64,000 bases of DNA from Acidimicrobiales bacterium. Its GTDB lineage: Bacteria; Actinomycetota; Acidimicrobiia; Acidimicrobiales; Aldehydirespiratoraceae. Where the stretch lies: positions 283,152 to 347,151 of the forward strand of contig OZ220692.1 of the NCBI GenBank assembly GCA_965116485.1. The letters run 5' to 3'. The position numbers were made by a program, and so were the translations under genes. Positions within the stretch are counted from its first letter, which is position 1. The number at the start of each line of letters is the position of its first letter. A model generated the notes under the pieces. It did no database searches, was not told the DNA's origin, and saw only the letters and a program-made list of their open reading frames with translations. Shown piece by piece: positions 62,289 to 64,000 of this stretch.

Positions 62289-62918
62289 TCAGCTGAGCGG
62301 CTCCAGTGGGCTGAGCGGCCAGCGCACTTTCATTTCGACGAACGGCCGGAACGGGGCCGACACGGTCGGCACCTCGAATCGTTCGAGGTCTGTGATCGTC
62401 ATGCCCGACGCCCGGATATCGGCGGGCAGGTCCCAGTCCAGGTGCAGGCCTCCGACGGCACGGCCCAGGCGCCCGACGACTGCGAGCATTCGTCCGGTTC
62501 GCCCAGCGCGCACTACTGGTTCGAGGAACAGCAGCCGTCCGTGGGGTGTCAGCAGGTCCGTCAGCGTCTTCAGGAAGCGATTGAGGTCGGCCACGAGAGG
62601 TGTGCGGATCAGGCTGACGATGGTGTCGAAGGGGCCGTGGCCGGCTCCGGCGAGTTCTTCGGGGTCGGAGTCGATTCTGGTGACGCCTTCGGGGTCGTGA
62701 GCGGAGGTTCCGGCGCGGATGTCGCCCAGGCGGTCGAGCATGGTTACCGAGCCGACCTCGGTGCCGATCCGATAGCTGTCGAGGTGGTCGGACCAACCTC
62801 CGAGGTCGAGGACTTCACCTTCTGCTGCGGTTGCCAGACTGCTGCGGCGTTTTCGGAGCGCGGGCGCGAGTTCCACCGGCAGCGGATTCATCCAAGCGAC
62901 CAGTGGGGGACTCACCAT
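62289..62918 (-). CDS. probable class I SAM-dependent methyltransferase
   Basis: VLDLGG motif I-like, DTIVS, and LLTPHGRLLFLEP as in the Methyltransf_11 family. Weak. Confidence 0.45.
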   Translation of the reverse strand: MVSPPLVAWMNPLPVELAPALRKRRSSLATAAEGEVLDLGGWSDHLDSYRIGTEVGSVTMLDRLGDIRAGTSAHDPEGVTRIDSDPEELAGAGHGPFDTIVSLIRTPLVADLNRFLKTLTDLLTPHGRLLFLEPVVRAGRTGRMLAVVGRLGRAVGGLHLDWDLPADIRASGMTITDLERFEVPTVSAPFRPFVEMKVRWPLSPLEPLS

Positions 62919-62974
62919 CTCGGCAACCTAGCGCACTCTAGCCCAGAGGCCGAGTGGGTTGTGGCCAACAAGAC

Positions 62975-63072
62975 TCTCTTGGTGCGAGGCCGTGGCCCGA
63001 GCGGCCCGTGAGCAAAGCGAACAAGAGCGGGAAACAACGTTTTTGCAACTCGAAAGCACGCCTATCCGCGCA
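62975..63072 (-). repeat. partial copy of the modular element (left end, A x1, B x1), reverse orientation
   Basis: GGCCCGAGCGGCCCGTGAGCAAAGCGAACAAGAGCGGGAAACAACGTTTTTGCAACTCGAAAG...CCTATCCGCG is nearly collinear with the left half of the 40721 copy. The right hairpin is not recognisable. Confidence 0.6.
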
Positions 63073-63090
63073 GCCTCTAATTTCTATGCA

Positions 63091-63762
63091 ATGCCTGTCG
63101 AGCCGTCGCGCAGTCCGTGGAACTTTCCGCCGGTCGAGAGCGCTGATCCCTCGGGGCTGGTCGGCGTCGGTGCCGATCTGGAGCCTGGGACGATCCTGGC
63201 CGCGTATCAGTCGGGGATTTTTCCGATGCCCGTGCAGGCGGGCGGGTTGATCGGCTGGTGGTCGCCTGATCCGCGGGGGGTTCTCGAGCTTGATTCGTTG
63301 CATGTGAGCCGTTCGTTGCGGCGTTCTGCCAAGCGGTTCGAGGTTCGGGTCGATGCTTCCCTGCCTGCGGTTATTGATGCCTGCGCTGATTCTGGCAGGC
63401 CGCATGACTGGATCGATTCGCAGATCCGCGACGCCTATGTGCGGCTGGGTTCGCTGGGGTGGGTCCACAGTGTGGAGACCTGGCTCGACGGGGAGTTGGT
63501 CGGCGGTTTGTACGGTGTTGCGGTGGGTGGTCTGTTCGCCGGCGAGTCGATGTTCCACCGTGTCACGGACGCTTCTAAGGCCGCGGTGGTGGCTCTCGTG
63601 GAGTTGCTGCGTGACGGCGACCGGCGGCTGGTGGACGTGCAGTGGCATACTCCGCATCTCGCGACTCTCGGCGTGACGGAGTGGCCCCGAGTCCGCTATC
63701 TCGACGCTCTGCCGGAGTTATTGGCAAGCCCTCTTCCAGCGGCCTTCGAGTATCCTGGCTAG
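63091..63762 (+). CDS. aat: leucyl/phenylalanyl-tRNA--protein transferase
   Basis: ORF 62959..63762 trimmed to the ATG at 63091. ILAAYQSGIFPM, WWSPDPRGVL, GGLYGVAVGGLFAGESMFH, DASKAA. Confidence 0.9.
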   Translation: MPVEPSRSPWNFPPVESADPSGLVGVGADLEPGTILAAYQSGIFPMPVQAGGLIGWWSPDPRGVLELDSLHVSRSLRRSAKRFEVRVDASLPAVIDACADSGRPHDWIDSQIRDAYVRLGSLGWVHSVETWLDGELVGGLYGVAVGGLFAGESMFHRVTDASKAAVVALVELLRDGDRRLVDVQWHTPHLATLGVTEWPRVRYLDALPELLASPLPAAFEYPG

Positions 63763-63764
63763 CT

Positions 63765-63849
63765 GGAGGGATGGCAGAGCGGACGATTGCACTGGTCTTG
63801 AAAACCAGCGGGCTTCACGGCCCCGGGGGTTCGAATCCCCCTCCCTCCG
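63765..63849 (+). tRNA. tRNA-Ser (anticodon UGA)
   Basis: Acceptor GGAGGGA/TCCCTCC, anticodon arm CTGGT-CTTGAAA-ACCAG, long variable arm, T arm GGGGG-TTCGAAT-CCCCC, discriminator G. Confidence 0.9.
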
Positions 63850-63864
63850 CAGTGACTTGCGGTA

Positions 63865-63985
63865 AACTGACCACCTGCACGGGTATGACAGCCCTGTGCG
63901 AGCCGACAAGGGCCTTGAGGACACCCAACCAGCCTGCGCGCGCGAAGTGGGCCAGTGGACTGGCGTCGAACACGAGGGTTTCCAT
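63865..63985 (-). pseudogene. N-terminal fragment of a PIN-domain (DUF3368-like) protein running into the tRNA-Ser 3' end
   Basis: The ATG at 63985 gives METLVFDASPLAHFARAGWLGVLKALVGSHRAVIPVQVV, a typical PIN N-terminus. The frame then reads into the tRNA gene, so at most about 40 of the expected roughly 150 codons are present. Confidence 0.4.
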
Positions 63986-64000
63986 GGGGAACGACGAGGG

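Noticed and set aside
63718-63924. 68-aa minus-strand ORF
   Set aside because: It lies across the tRNA-Ser gene, so the tRNA structure explains the conservation. It is not the PIN-like frame.

Overview
High-GC (about two thirds G+C by eye) actinobacterial-type chromosome segment. The phylum call rests on mshA for mycothiol, the rex-hemACD order and the mshA-ybjN synteny. No rRNA genes, CRISPR arrays, transposases or integrases were seen.

Gene content:
- The core is a roughly 22.5 kb minus-strand respiratory cluster (25366 down to 2829). A b6f-type Rieske/cytochrome b module (3-TM protein, 2x[4Fe-4S] ferredoxin, split cytochrome b6 plus subunit IV, Rieske protein, diheme cytochrome c, unknown membrane protein) runs with almost no intergenic space into a complete nuoA-N operon. 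Most cistrons overlap by 1-4 nt (TGATG, ATGA, GTGA).
- A monoheme cytochrome c is transcribed divergently from this cluster.
- Downstream lie pgi, a P450, and a heme cluster (rex-hemA-hemC-hemD-GPP34-hemB-hemL-yceI).
- Next come a small nucleotidyltransferase pair, an acyl-CoA ligase, a SAM hydrolase-like gene, proC, pyrF, the mshA neighbourhood, an ABC1 kinase and a HAPMO-like Baeyer-Villiger monooxygenase.
- A visibly lower-GC island (about 51.5-55.7 kb) carries a PstI/BsuBI-type methylase with a deleted, frameshifted endonuclease, plus a secreted metzincin-like cassette.
- The rest is an MFS pump, an acyltransferase, a sulfatase, tRNA-Lys(UUU), a cyclophilin, aat and tRNA-Ser(UGA).

Non-genic structure:
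- A modular MITE/BOX-like GC-rich element family is present in at least five copies. Three copies are complete, and their internal 27-bp and 20-21-bp modules vary in copy number.
- Many short in-frame tandem repeats (15 or 36 bp) sit at protein termini.
- A 15-bp minisatellite forms a small ORF that exactly bridges two respiratory cistrons.
- A 75-bp duplication carries a second copy of the MoaD C-terminus.
- One AT-rich block holds phased repeats.
- Several accessory genes are decayed: a DUF4143 ATPase, PIN fragments, TauD and the restriction endonuclease.

Limits: all family assignments come from motif recognition by eye. No searches or numerical composition calculations were run.
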